A stretch of DNA of 64,000 nt. Origin: Geosiphon pyriformis uo1. Its lineage: Eukaryota; Fungi; Glomeromycota. The DNA lies in the NCBI GenBank assembly GCA_016748015.1, contig JAAOMT010000094.1:1-64000 (forward strand), written 5' to 3'. Position numbers and translations under genes: made by a program. The notes under the pieces are model-generated. The model had not been told where the DNA came from. It saw only the letters and a program-made list of their open reading frames with translations, and did not search any database. How positions within the stretch are numbered: the first letter of the stretch is position 1; the number at the start of each line of letters is the position of its first letter. Positions 1 to 13,453 of this stretch are shown here, one piece after another.

Positions 1-7
1 CTATTAC

Positions 8-23
8 AAAAAAAAAAAAAAAA

Positions 24-73
<50 letters not shown>
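8..73. repeat. poly(A) tract
   Basis: Near-pure run of about 65 A at the window start. Confidence 0.95.
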
Positions 74-76
<3 letters not shown>

Positions 77-499
77 AGTATTCCATCAATAGCCATAATC
101 AAAAGTTATTGTTCCAGTGTGGTTAAGTGTTAAATATTATTAATATAGAATGTTGATAACAGATAAATAATAACAATTTTTTTAATTAAGCAACAATAAC
201 ATAAATTAGATAATAATATGAATATTTATTTGATATTATAATGAATTTATTTTGGTTAATAGTAATTATTTGTGAAGTAAAAAGTATTTAATAATTATAA
301 TTTACAAGTTTAATTGACTAATTTTCTAGCTTTTAATATTACTGCTATATATACATAATTTATATTATACAAAATTTTTGAAATTTTACAATTTTTTCAG
401 AAGAATCTTAAAATTCTGGGATTCTGGAATTCTGTAATTCTTTTAGAAGAATTCTAAAATTTCTCTATTACTATGCCTACTTCTGATTGGCTATTTCTC

Positions 500-1550
500 T
501 AATTATAATACTCTTAATTTTTATGAGTAATATTGCTTACTCTTTTTTTTTTGCCAATTAAGATTTAGAAACAGTTTATAATAGCTAAAAAAACAGCTGT
601 GTTTGGCAATGTTTATTATTTTGTTTATAATTTATACAAATCTATTTGTTATACTTGATAAAATATCAGTCTTAATTATAATATAATTCTAAGTGCACTA
701 ATTAGGAAGATAAATTAGTTACTATATGAGTTTAATATTTTAATTTACATATGTTTGCTAAATTTACTAATAGAAAACTGAAAATTAGTATATATATTTA
801 ATGAAAGCTTTGTATAGATAGCTACTAGTAACAGTTAGAAAAAAATTACATAACAAAACATATTCAAATATGCTGTATTTGCTGTATAATAAAGTAAAAT
901 TATTTAACCATGTTTTTATTTGTATTAAAAATAATAGTATTCAGAAAAAAATTTTGGTAAAAGCTTCTAAAAAGAGGGTGGTATTGGTAAGTATTTACTG
1001 CTTATTTTTTTTGTTGTCTTGTAAATGCTTTCTTAGTGTTCTTTAAATATAAGTTTATATGCAATAATTTATAAAAAATTTGTACTAAGAAACTAGTATG
1101 CTAAGGCTGCCATAATTTTTGATAAGAAAATAAAAGCTACTTCTATTTTTGTTAAATATGTAAAACATCTGATAGAATTGTATTGTATTAAGATATATCT
1201 TATAAAATTTAAGCATAAAATAGATATAAAAAAAGCTGAATTGATCAGAGATAGTGGTTTGGTTTCAGATTTGTTTTGTTGTATAATGTTTATATTATCA
1301 GATGAAGTAGTTTAATTGTTTGCTATAGTAAAATTTTTTGTGATTAGTTTTGGTAAATACAAACTATGCTCTTTTTTTCTGATTTATGTAAAAACACATA
1401 TATTAATATAAATATTTAATGTTGTTTTGTTTGGTCTAAGTAGTTAATTACATGTAATAAGAGTGTGAATTATATTTAGTTTGAATTATTTAGTTTGGTT
1501 CTATATACTAGATAGCAATTAAACTTTATTTATTAAATATTATTAAAAGT
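500..1550 (+). mobile_element. Degenerate LINE 3' part (ORF2 C-terminus with zinc-finger region, plus 3' UTR)
   Basis: Reversing G>A/C>T changes gives LINE ORF2 C-terminal motifs (MKALHRxLPVxVRKxLY...CLLCxxVELxDHVFxC at about 800-925). Many stops. 1060-1550 is homologous to 1715-2200. Confidence 0.7.
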
Positions 1551-1714
1551 TTTATTACTTTTTTTTAATTTGTTAATATTTTAATATTAAATAATAAAGT
1601 TTTTAAATTTTTAATAATTTTGTATTTTAAATTTTTTTTTTATTTTTAACTTTTAATTATTGGTTTTATAATTAAAATAATTAATTTTATATCAGTTATT
1701 TTTTTAATAATATT

Positions 1715-2220
1715 TTAAATTTATATGTGACAATTTATAAAAAATTTGTGTTAAAAAACTGGTATGCTAAAACTATTGTAATTTTTAATGAGAAAAAAAG
1801 ACTGCTTTTACTCTTGTTAAATATGTGAAACATTTGGTAAAAATTGCATTACATTAAATTATGGCTTGTAAAATCCAAGCATAAGATTGATATAAAAAAA
1901 GCTAAGTTGATCAAAAATAATGATTTAGTTTTAGGTTTGTTTTGTAGTACAGTGTCTATGCTATTAAATAAAGTGATATGGTTGCTTAGTATAGTAGAAT
2001 TTTTTATGGTAAGTTTTGGTAAACACAAATTTTGCTCTTTTTTTTCTGGTTTGAGTAAAAATATATATATTAATATAAATGTTTAGTGTTGTTTTATTTG
2101 GTCTAAATGGCTAGTTATATGTAGTAAGAGTGTAAGCTGTATTTAATTTAAGCCACTCAAATTGGTTCTATGTATTAAATAGCAATTGAATTTTATTTGT
2201 TAAATATTAATAAAAAAAAT
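1715..2220 (+). mobile_element. Second copy of the same LINE 3' end, ending in an A-rich tail
   Basis: Direct repeat of about 1060-1550 differing mostly by transitions. Contains ORF-track 1844..2086 (ORF2 C-terminus ...SFGKHKFCSFFSGL...INV*). A-run at about 2212-2219. Confidence 0.75.
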
Positions 2221-5200
2221 TAATAATATTTTTTTAAAAAACTTTTTTTATAGATTTTATAATAATAATAATAATAATATTTATAATAAAAACTACCTAT
2301 TTGCAAAAATTTTTCGATTACAACTTTTAAAAATAATAAAAAACATAAAAAAAAAATAAGAAAAATAAAGAATAAAATAAATAAAGAAATATTAATTATT
2401 AAGTTGTAATAAAACAGTTTTATAGACTTAATTTATTAAAATTGGTAATTAAGCAATTTTAAAAAAATTAGAGTGTTAACTATTAATTTTAAGAAATAAT
2501 TAAAATTGTTTTTTTAAATAAAATTTATTTTATAATTTGTATTATATTTATTTTTAAATGTTAAAAAATAATAAAAAAATATTTTTTAAAGAAAAAAGCT
2601 TTTCTTTTATACATCTTTTTTTTAATATTATTCAAATTTTAACATTTTTTTCTTTATATTTTATCAAACTTCTAAGAATTAATTTTATATTTTGAAAAAC
2701 TAACAAATATTTTGGTAAATTTTTAAATATTTTTTGTCAAATTTTTAAGTATTGGCAAATTTTCCAATGTTATATAGTTTAAAATATTGCATAATTTAAT
2801 TATTAAATTTAATTATACTTGTACATTGTACAAATTTAGTCATTAATAACTTTGGCTAAATAATAGATAAAAACATGTGAAATACTATTATATATTAATT
2901 AACAATAAAAGTAATGAAGATAATTTCATTTTAAATTTTAAGTAATATTTCTGTTAGTAATATTATTATAAAATTAAAATAGCTTTAATACTTTATAACC
3001 TGTTTAGTGTTTGTAAAAATGTTTTGCAAAATTTAACAAAACAACAATTAAAAATTTAATATATTAGAAAGCATAAAAAACTGAAATTTCAATAAAATTA
3101 CAATCATAATTTTGAATTATTATTTGAGAATTACTGATAATACTTGGACTTTAATGGAGTTCAGTCTTAAAAAAAATTATATTATCAGTAAAAATTTTAC
3201 ATAAAATTATTTTCATAACTTCTTTTACCAATAATAATAGATGACATTTGATTTGATAAAAAAATTATATATGCTAAAGATCAAAATAGACTCACTCATA
3301 TAGAAGTTTGAATCCGAAGTCTTGGTCTAAAAAAGCCGCATATTAATAAATATTTATAATTCTCATGATCAATGATTTTGATACGATTCCTTTCAACTGG
3401 ACTAATTGTTTCTACTTTTGGCGAAAATTCAAGTTTTTTTCATGCAAAAGTAGCTTAAACTATTCTAAACAAATGAGTGAATGAATGAATGAATGAATCA
3501 ACAAATAATTAATCTTTAAAATAACATTCTCAGAAAGCAAAAAGTATATGTTTTAAATTGTCAGATATGGCTTCATTATACTCTCTGTATCTTTACAAAC
3601 TAAAGTATTATAAATAGTTCGCTCTGACCTTATATAATTCCAAATAAAAAATTTGTCTTCTTGGATATTATTTGTTATTAACTTTGGCCTTCTACCTAAT
3701 TTTATATCACTAGATAAAGTGTTATATATATTATCAATATGACTTTTTATATTTAAAATTAAACAGATTTTATCTTGAAGAGTTATTTAATGAAAATCTT
3801 TGAATTAATATTCCATTCCACAATAATATTTCCATCTTTCACTAAAAAATAATTGGATAATGATAGTTATATTACTGTTGTCTCTATAATCTTTTGTGTT
3901 TCGAGAAAATTGGCTTTTCGGTATAAACTTAAAATATGCGCTATAATTATTATTGTGATGAAGACATTCTATTATGGATGTTCTAATTTGTGAGATCCTC
4001 TTTGAATCTCCTGTCAACCGAAATAAGTTCATTTAACTCAATTGGGACTTTAACAATGAAATAGTCTTTTCAATCAATGAAAGAAACAATACCCGGTAAA
4101 AGGAATGACATTAGTAGGTACTAATATCATTATTTTGTATTTTAAGTAAAATAATAATAATAATAATAATAATAATAAACAACCTCACATTGGAGTCATA
4201 TAATTCAAATCAAAATTTATTGAATACGCTTATGCTTCGATATCTCTCTTCTCGAAAACCCAATGCTATATTTTATACTGATTTTCACATTGTTGGTCTG
4301 AACAGTTCAAAATAGATATATAAATTAATAGAAACATTTACCCTTTCATCAATATGAACAATTTAAGCAGCAAAGAAAGAAGCAGTCGTATTTTCCTTTT
4401 TCGGCATTTTAACAGATCTGTTAATAAGTTCATAATCACTGATTCTTAAAGGTGTTAGCTTGAATCAAAAATATAAAAACTGAAACAATTCTAAACATTC
4501 TTAATTATTCACTTGCATATTATCAAGAATCAATTTTTTATTAATTTATGTTTAAGCAACATAGATTAAAATCAATCATCAACCAATAATTATAATAGTG
4601 AATGAAATATATCTTATCAAAAACAACTCAAACCAAGAAAACAAATATATACATTGATTTATGGAAATTTTTTAAATTCAAAAAATGAAAATAGAAATCA
4701 ACCCATTTTTATTGCAAGACCTGTGGTAAAAAATGTTTTGGCCATTTAAAAAAATCAGAAAGATTTCTTGCTGAACCTAATAAATAATGTTTCTGAATGA
4801 ATTTTATTGAATTGATATATTTTTCAAAAAAGAAAGTTTGTAATCAAATGTGTTATTTACTGGTTTACCCTATTACATAATTTAAAACACGTTATTCCTA
4901 TTAGTAAACATGAATTTCTAGCATTATATACTTTCGGGAGTAAATCATTTATGTATTAACAAAAACCAAGGATACTCTGTTTACAAACAAGAAAAACAAA
5001 ATTACTATTGGAAAAAAACTAAATTAGTATTTATTATCAATTGAACAAAAACAGTACTTTAAGGTTTGAAAAAAAAAGCTTATTTGTTTGTATCAATAAA
5101 AAGAATCATTTCTCATTAATAACCATTCAAACATATGTTTGTTTTATATCTCAAATAATATTTTTATTTAATTAATAAAAATTAAGAAAAAAATTATATA

Positions 5201-6106
5201 TTATATAACATATAATCAAACATCCCATATATATATTGTATTTGAATTAAAATTTGAAATTGCAAATTAATAACTAAAATTTGATATGGAATGAAATTAT
5301 TATAAATTTAATATATAGTGTGATTAAATATGATTTTATTTATTCTGCTTATTTGAAAATCAACGTTTTTAGCTTTCTTTAAATAGACCTCTTTTAATCT
5401 TTTTCACAGTTAACTTAATATTGAGAAAATAATTAATAAAAAGAGTTTTTTCTAACCGTTAATTGTATTCAATTATCCACCTAAAATACATGCTGTTATT
5501 CAATCGGTCAGACTTTATCAAAGTTTTCTAGATAATGCACATATTAGTGTTTTTGCTTACATATGTGAAGAACATAGATGGGGAATAACTTTATTATTCA
5601 GCGGCAAAACTCATCAACTTTAAATAGGAAATTTAATATTGTTACAAAATTCCGAAATATCATGTTTCACATATATATGATCGTTACTTTTTACTTTTGT
5701 AAAATCAAATATTTCAAAGCGAAAATCCAAGAGGGAAAGTAATTGCTTGTACCAACAGGCTGGATGTTTTTTTATTCAAAATTTTGCTTCTAGATGTATT
5801 AAATTCAATGATAAATTATAGAACACAATCTAGATCTTTTTTGGTAAGAAAATCATTTTTTGCTGTGCAGTGTACGAAAAGAACTTTCTGGTTTGGAGAA
5901 TTTGAATATCACCTGGTTGTCACACACAGATATATGCACAAAAAACTATAAAATCTCATTTTATTCACCTAATTATGAGTTGCTGTAAGTAAACGACTTC
6001 TTTTTTATTTTGGCAATTTTCAAAATTTTCCTGGTATCCACAATTTCATAAAAACTAGCAAAATCCTATTATTTTTTGTAAATTATTTCCTTCGCGTGAG
6101 CAAAAA

Positions 6107-7617
6107 ATGAATTCGACGAAATTCGACTTAGGAGATGCTGGCTTCGTTCTACTTTCGACGATATTAGTATGGTTTATGACACTAGGGGCTGGATATTTTT
6201 ACAGTGGAATGCCTCGTCAAAAAAATGCACTTTCTATCATCCTATCATGCGTTACCGTGGTTACAGTGCGAGTAAGTTGAGACATATCCAGAAGTTTTTA
6301 TTCAAACATATTGATTGAAACAATTTTTTCAAAGTTGACAAACAAAATCTTTGATCTGTCAGTCGTTTCTTTTCGGATGCGGCTTGGCTTTTTCCAAAAG
6401 TGAGAATAAATTGATCGGAAATTTTCTCAAGGCCTTATTTCTTAATCTTGCAATGAGACCTCCTGGTAATGAATACTCTGAGCCATCTGAAATCTTTCGA
6501 GAATGCATTATTTGTGCTGAAAAATTCAAGATTTCAATGGAATCATTTTTGGGTGCTACTGAAAAATGTGTCCATCAGATTAATGTGTGTCAAAGTTGTG
6601 TTACAGCCCATATTACTCATGAGCTTGAAGATAAAGGTAATTTTCGAATTTTATGTCCAAACGGAGACGGATGTACGAATGTTATGGAAGAGAGTGATGT
6701 GAAGAGGTTTTCTAGTATGGCAATATATGAGAGGTGAGACACAAAAATGACTTAAATTGAGTTAATTAACGAAAGAAAAATACCATTTCAATTGACCTAA
6801 ATTTTTATGTTTAGATATCAAAGATTAACACTAAATCTCGCTCTGTCACAAATTCCTGAATTTCATTGGTGCTTAAGCTGCAATGCTGGCCAAATTCATG
6901 TGGATGGAGGTAAGATTGAACGATTTTTAGATCCATCACTTTCATGGTCTTTGGGAACCTTTCAAAATTGCACATATAACAATTCTATTTCAAATTCACC
7001 ATATTTTTCCCTCTTTTGACAGTGGCAGCACCAATAATGACTTGTACAGAATGCTCACAGAAGACTTGCATCATACATAACTTGCCAATTCACACTGGCC
7101 TAGAATGTTCTCAATGTGCATCTGAAAAGTCTTCTTTAACAGTGGCTTCTACATCAAAAAGTCAGTTTTTCGCGCGATCAAGAAAAAATATTTTTCATTT
7201 TGCGACGAAACTCCTACCCAATAAAATAGAATCCCCGGAAAAAGCCCGAAAAAAACGAGAGAAAAACTTGGCAAAACTAAAACAGAAAAGGGTGAAGGCA
7301 GAGTCGTTGACTGAAGCCTTGATTAAAGCCGAGACGAAAGCGTGTCCTAAATGCATGGCAAAAATTCAAAAAAATGGTGGCTGTGATCATATGACTTGTA
7401 GGGCTCCTGGTTGCGGGTTTGAGTTTTGTTGGTTGTAAGTCTCTACAACAATTCCGGATTTTTTCAATTTGGAATTATAAAGAAATAAAACTACTATATT
7501 GAACTATTTATAATATTTTTTAGTTGCTTAGCAAATTTCGACTTTATACGCAATGAAGGAAACCACCGGCATCAAGTAGATTGCACACATTGGGCGAAAC
7601 CACCTTTGGATTTGTAA
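6107..7617 (+). CDS. Five-exon chimeric gene: ammonium transporter (Amt/Mep) N-terminal segment fused in frame to an RBR (RING1-IBR-RING2) E3 ubiquitin ligase, about 378 aa
   Basis: Exons 6107-6271, 6363-6733, 6815-6909, 7023-7434 and 7524-7617 have GT-AG introns and form one open frame. The N-terminus [35 protein letters not shown]...[10 protein letters not shown]...IGNF matches Amt TM1-TM2. It is followed by RING1 (CIIC...CVH..VCQSC...CP..C), IBR (CLSC...CTEC...CIIH...H...C) and RING2 with the catalytic [10 protein letters not shown]. Confidence 0.85.
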
Positions 7618-8217
7618 AAAGTCAACAACGGTCAAATGGATATTTTAGAATTATAAATAAAGTTCACCCAGCTCCCTCGAACTATCTGGTTAGATATCTT
7701 TGAAAAAATTTACGATCGAAAAGAGTAATAATCAAGATATGTTGGAATTTTAATTATTACATATATCAACATAATTTTAGTTACTATTTTATCTATAGAA
7801 TATCTTGGTATTTTGTAGCAAACTAAGTCATAAGTAACCAATTTTTGTATTTTAACTTTTGTTATTTATAGTCATCTCATTTTTTAAATTTGCCATTATA
7901 ATAATAACAATTGATCTAGGTATTATATAAAAAGATTACAAAAATGTATAAAAAGAAAAAAAATTGATATACAAGATCAATTTATTACATAATTGCTATA
8001 TTCTTTCAACTCAAAGTAAATTGGCTAATTCTAATGAAATAACAACTTTACTTGGAAGTCTACACAAAAAAAATTTGTGCAGATAATATAAATTGACTGC
8101 AAGTTTTTTGTGATCTTTTTAACACAAATTTTTGAGATAATTCTCAGGTAAAAGGTTTTTATTTGCTTCAAAGTATTTTAACCAATATCAATTCATATGT
8201 TTTATTTTCTTGGACAG

Positions 8218-9348
8218 ATATATTTATAATGGCGAGATTTCCCTTAATGAATATGGAATACCTATTATTTTAAAATTGTTTATTACCGCTGACAAGCTTA
8301 TTCTAGAGAATGTTATTGATTACCTTGAAGACTATTTGATTGAACACCACCCAAAAGAGCTAGAAAAATGTTTTGCCACTTTGCACAGACTTCATTTATC
8401 CATGATTCTTTCAAAAAGTTACAAAATTTCCGCACCGAAATAGTTGCTATCAATCCAGCTATAGTTTTCAACTCGCAAGATTTCACCTCCCTTAGTGAAA
8501 ATACTCTTTCCTCAATTTTAACTCGGGATGATTTAAATATAGAAGAATCTAAGATATGGGAAAAGATTGCGGAATGGGGAGTTGCCAAATTAGATCAAAA
8601 TATTCAGATGACAAACTTTAACGCCTTTGAGGGATCTATTGAAAGACTTTTACTTTTAATCCGCTTCTTCAACATATATTCAGTTGATTTCTATCACAAA
8701 GTAAAACCATTTGCGAGAATCATACCTGGAACTTTATACATCATTATCTCGTACCTGATAGTCTTCAAAAGTCTGTAGACGCTCAGCCATTAGGTTGTTC
8801 TCGATTGAATATTGATTCAAAGCTTCTTAAATCGCATAATATAAAGCAGCTAGATCATTAGATTCAAGGCAAAGATGAAAGTACTCCTTTTGATGATCAA
8901 CTTGAAAATGATTTTAAACTTTTACTTCAAGGTAGTCGAGACGGATTCACTCCAGCCATCAATTATGCGATAATAAAGGAGCAACTGTAAGCGTAATCAA
9001 AGTGAAAGGAACTGATCAGCTAATTGGTGGCTATAACCCACAATCGTGTCATTCTCACAATCAACGATTAGATGGAGAAGGAAGTTTTATTTTTTCCCTT
9101 AGAGATGGCAAAGCTGGGAATGTTCAACTTTGTAAATTTATTGAAGGATATAGACTTTATGGTGATTTAGAATATGGAACTTATTTCGGAGGTAGCAGTA
9201 TTCGGCTGGCAAGGATTTTAAAAATATTCCAGGGTGCTTTTATGACAAGATAACAGATTATGAGGATGCCATAATGCCTGGATCAGAAAATCAAAGGATA
9301 AGATTTTTTGGTGAGGAGTATAAAGTGTTTCAAACTATAAAAAAATAA
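8218..9348 (+). pseudogene. BTB/BACK-TLDc domain pseudogene, 5'-truncated
   Basis: Motifs YIYNGEISL...ADKLILE, LTRDDLNIEESKIWE..WG, LIRFFNI, FKLLLQGSRDGF and LIGGYNP...SFIFSL. Frameshifts near 8385 and 8960; in-frame stops near 8776 and 8858. BTB N-terminal exon not seen. Confidence 0.85.
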
Positions 9349-10996
9349 AATGCGGTTTAATTTAATTAATTTAATTATACATTTCTGAAGATTGTTCACC
9401 CTATCTTACAAATTTTTTACTGGCAAAGATTTTCTAGCCTACTATTTTAACCCCCACAATAAAGTTAAAATAATATCAAAAAAACTTGAGAACTTATCAA
9501 TTGTTTCGATAAAAAGCGATCTTTGAAGTTGAGGTATTTATCACAGGCTAGAACATAAACACTTTTTAGCTAAATATCATACTTTGGCTTCTCCGCTAAA
9601 TAAAGTGCAAACTTTTAAATGACATTTTAGTTTTCACTTGACAATAAAATAAAATAAAATATTTTTAATAAATATCAAATAATAAAACTTTAAGAGATTG
9701 TAAAACATGCGAAGGTTTTCAATCAAATATAATCTCAACTTCGAGATGCTAACTCCTTAATTAAATAGACATCTTCTAAACAATATTTTTTTAAAAACTG
9801 AGTTTTTTTATGATAAACTCGGAATATATAATTCATTGATTTAAGTATTATACAGTATATTAACAATTTTACCTTAATTTACTTCTTTAAAGAATTAGTC
9901 TATTTCCCTAAAGATAAGAAATTACGTCTATAATTAATTATTGATCATTAATGAAATTTATCCTCTTTGTTTAAAGTTTATATCTTTTATTATATATTAT
10001 ATTTAGACGACTCTTCATAGATCCAATCGTGATTAGATATCATAATTTTTAAACTCTATAATGAAATTATTATTATTATTGATTTGATATGTGATAAAAA
10101 ACAATATTCCCTCCTATTTTTTCAAAGTTTACTAATTCATTATTTGCTCACTGAGTCAATCCAATGTTGTAAATTCCTACGTATTCTCGATCATGTTGTA
10201 GGATTGTGTGAGTGTTTAGGTCACAACGATCAGTTTTCTTGAACTCTTATTAATTGAACATGTTAAACTATGAATAATCGAAGTAGCTTTAGTACACAAA
10301 GACGTCAAACAAGTTTCCCATTATTCTTTTGCCTAAACGAGTAGTTCTGAGTTCTGTGAATAAGACATAATCACTTCTTAAATGCGTTAAGCTGATTCAA
10401 AAACATAAAAACTGAACAACATTGTGAATTACAATTTTATGAGTACTTATTAAATAACTTATTATTTATATATAAAGATTTTTCTACTAAAAATTGTTAT
10501 ATTTTGGTTCATTAATCAAACGAGGAAAGTGAATACTCTCTACCTTGTTGGTTTTTTTCCTATGATGTGAGGCGAAATAAAACCTATTACTTCGGCTGGT
10601 TGACCTTATACAGTCGAAAAATGATTTTTTGACCTAATCTGATTTCAAAGTGTTTCCTTAGCTTGTGGAATCTTCTTCCTCACTCTTTATTAGTGACGTT
10701 ACCAATAAGATTTAAACTAGTATAATTTATAAAAAATTGATAGTTTTGTGATAATGATTAATTACATCAAACAAAAAAAATTCATCAATTTTATATTATT
10801 ATAAATTAGGATAAAAAACTAAAAAATAGTAGAAAAAAAATTAAAATGTTATATAACTGCGATTCAAAATAATATAAATATATTAGCTGCAATTCATATA
10901 ATAATTTTTCGTTTTTAATTTTAACTTAATTTTTATATTTTAACTATTAAATATGAAACTTTTATTAACAAAACTCTTATTTTAATTAATACCAAA

Positions 10997-11036
<40 letters not shown>

Positions 11037-13284
11037 GTTATTCTAAATTTAACTATCTTTAATTTTGAAGATCTCTTATTTGAACAGTATTAGAGTATTT
11101 CGAAGGAATAAAAAATGATTGAATAAATATTTATTATTCAAATTTAAAAATGTTAACTAAAGGCATAAAAATTATTTTTAATAAAAATTTGAAACAAAAA
11201 TTATTGACAAAACTATAAAATATATCTATAAAATTAATTATAGCAATTAAATTCATGTATTTTGCATATTTGGGTTATTTTATTTTTAAAATTAATTTTT
11301 AACTTGATTATTGAACAAATTGTTAATTTAATTATTTGCTCTTTTATTAATTATATTAACAAAACCTTTTAAAGCTGTTGAAAAATATTCAACATTTGAA
11401 AAAAAATATTTTATAATTAAGAAACTTTCAATACTAACATGAAACTATCTTTATAGCTTTTGAAAATTTTAATTGTGAGAAATTTAACTTTAGTACAATA
11501 AACATATATAAAGCTGATTTTTAAAATTATTCTATAATTGTTTTAGTAATTGCTTTTTATTCGTAATGAATAAAGAAACTCGATAATTAATTTCTTTATT
11601 AATTAATAAAAATTCATTAAATAAATTTCAAGTATATTTTTTTTTAAGTTAATTTTTAATTCATTAATTAATTAAAGGAATAAATTTAAGCAATATAACA
11701 CTATTTGATTGATTTGAAATTTATTCAAAATAATATAGAACCTTTCAGTATTGCCCTTTTATTATTACTCATATTTTTAAGTTTATGAGGTCGTTTTTAA
11801 TAGAAGCAGCAATGTCAAAATAAGAACTCATCAAACGTTTTTCGTTTAAGAGAGAATTTGGAGAATTTTGTATTAACCACAGCAAGAATTTGTTTTTGCT
11901 GAATTTCCAAAGATAAAATTTTTTTTTTTTAAAGTTTCACATAAGTTTGTATACCAGACTAATAATTTTTTAAATTGCGATTGATCTAAAACCCATGTTT
12001 TTCATTTTGTATAATAATTTAAACTCTACTTTTTGTTTTTGTGTATGCATTCCTGCTAATTTTTGTGCTTTTTTTTCTTAATCAGTTTTCAATAATGCAA
12101 TTTATGCATAATCTTATTGTTCTCAAATCTGTTGAACAAATACGGTCTGTTTTCAATTTTATAATTGTATATTTTTTAAATATTTAATTTTAAAAATACA
12201 AAATAATAGCAGTTAAAATTACATTTAATAATTGAAAGAAAAGAAAATTATATTTCTGAGATTATGTCAAATAGTTGAAATTCAAGAAAATTTCTATACA
12301 AAAAATATTTGAAATTTTATTGACTATAATAAATATTTTCAAATCTCTTTATTTATTTATTTATTTATTTATATTAGATTTGTAAAAAAAAATGCTTTTA
12401 ATTTACTTTTGAATTTCAATGATTTTTAATTGAAAAAAATTCATAATCTTTTCGTTAATTGATTATAAGAGTGTTAAAATTTTAGTTAAAAATAAATCTA
12501 ATAATGTTATATAAATATTTTTTGGGCAGTAGCTCTATTAGTTTTTTTATTTTTACAAAATAATAATATACAATCAATAAATAATAAAATTTCAATTTCA
12601 ATATTTTTAGGGTTTTAAAATTTCATAGTAGACATTTATCAAATGAAATTGTGTTAACACACTTAATGATTCGAGCAAGGCAGTAAGAAAATGTATGTTA
12701 ATTTGATAAAAAATAGTTTTTATTCTGAAAATAAATTATAAATTAAATATTAGGAAAATTAATTCCTTTAACTAAAACTTTTAAATACAATTTTCTTTTT
12801 TAATAGTCTTTTAATATGAAAATAAAAAACATTTTCTCAAGATAGCGCCTTCCTTCCTATCACGGCAAAAATATATGTTTTTAGATTAGCCAAATTAAAA
12901 GTGAGAGAAAATTTAGATCGGTCTAAATTATTCAATGATTTATATCATAAACGGAAAGAGAAAAACTAAATATAAGGTATAAAGATGACTTGTTGTTTGC
13001 TTTTAATATTTACAGTTATATTGTCAACTTTCACTTTGATATAACCTTTTTTCTATCATATCTTTTTTCTTTAAAGCTGGTGGCTGATCACGTGTTAAAA
13101 ACGAATGATCCACTTCTAGATTAGATAGTGGAGGACCTCACTTTGTTAAAAGCAAAATAAAAAAGCGGGAGAATTACTTTTTATATTTGAATTTAAAAGA
13201 GTAAAGTCAATGCTAAATTTTATTAAGCCTTCATAAAAACACGAGAAATTCTCTATCGAAATTCATTTGTTTGCAATAATACAC

Positions 13285-13336
<52 letters not shown>

Positions 13337-13343
13337 CATCATC
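13285..13343. repeat. (TAT)n microsatellite; similar tracts at about 10998-11040, 25954-26000, 27289-27322 and 28580-28630
   Basis: Directly visible trinucleotide repeats. Confidence 0.95.
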
Positions 13344-13453
13344 AATATTGATATCTATCAAACAAACACACATCGATCGTACATTTTGTGTGCATATAAA
13401 ACTTTGATTTTTGAGATTTCAGATATTTTAAGCTATTGTAGGGATAGGTTTTA

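Noticed and set aside
3300-4480. Minus-strand gene including ORF 3805..4032
   Set aside because: Exon-like pieces with stops and no identifiable family; a lipase relic was considered but no diagnostic motif was found.
5450-6100. GATA nitrogen-response sites upstream of the Amt-RBR gene
   Set aside because: GATAA matches are expected by chance at this AT content, and enrichment cannot be shown by eye.
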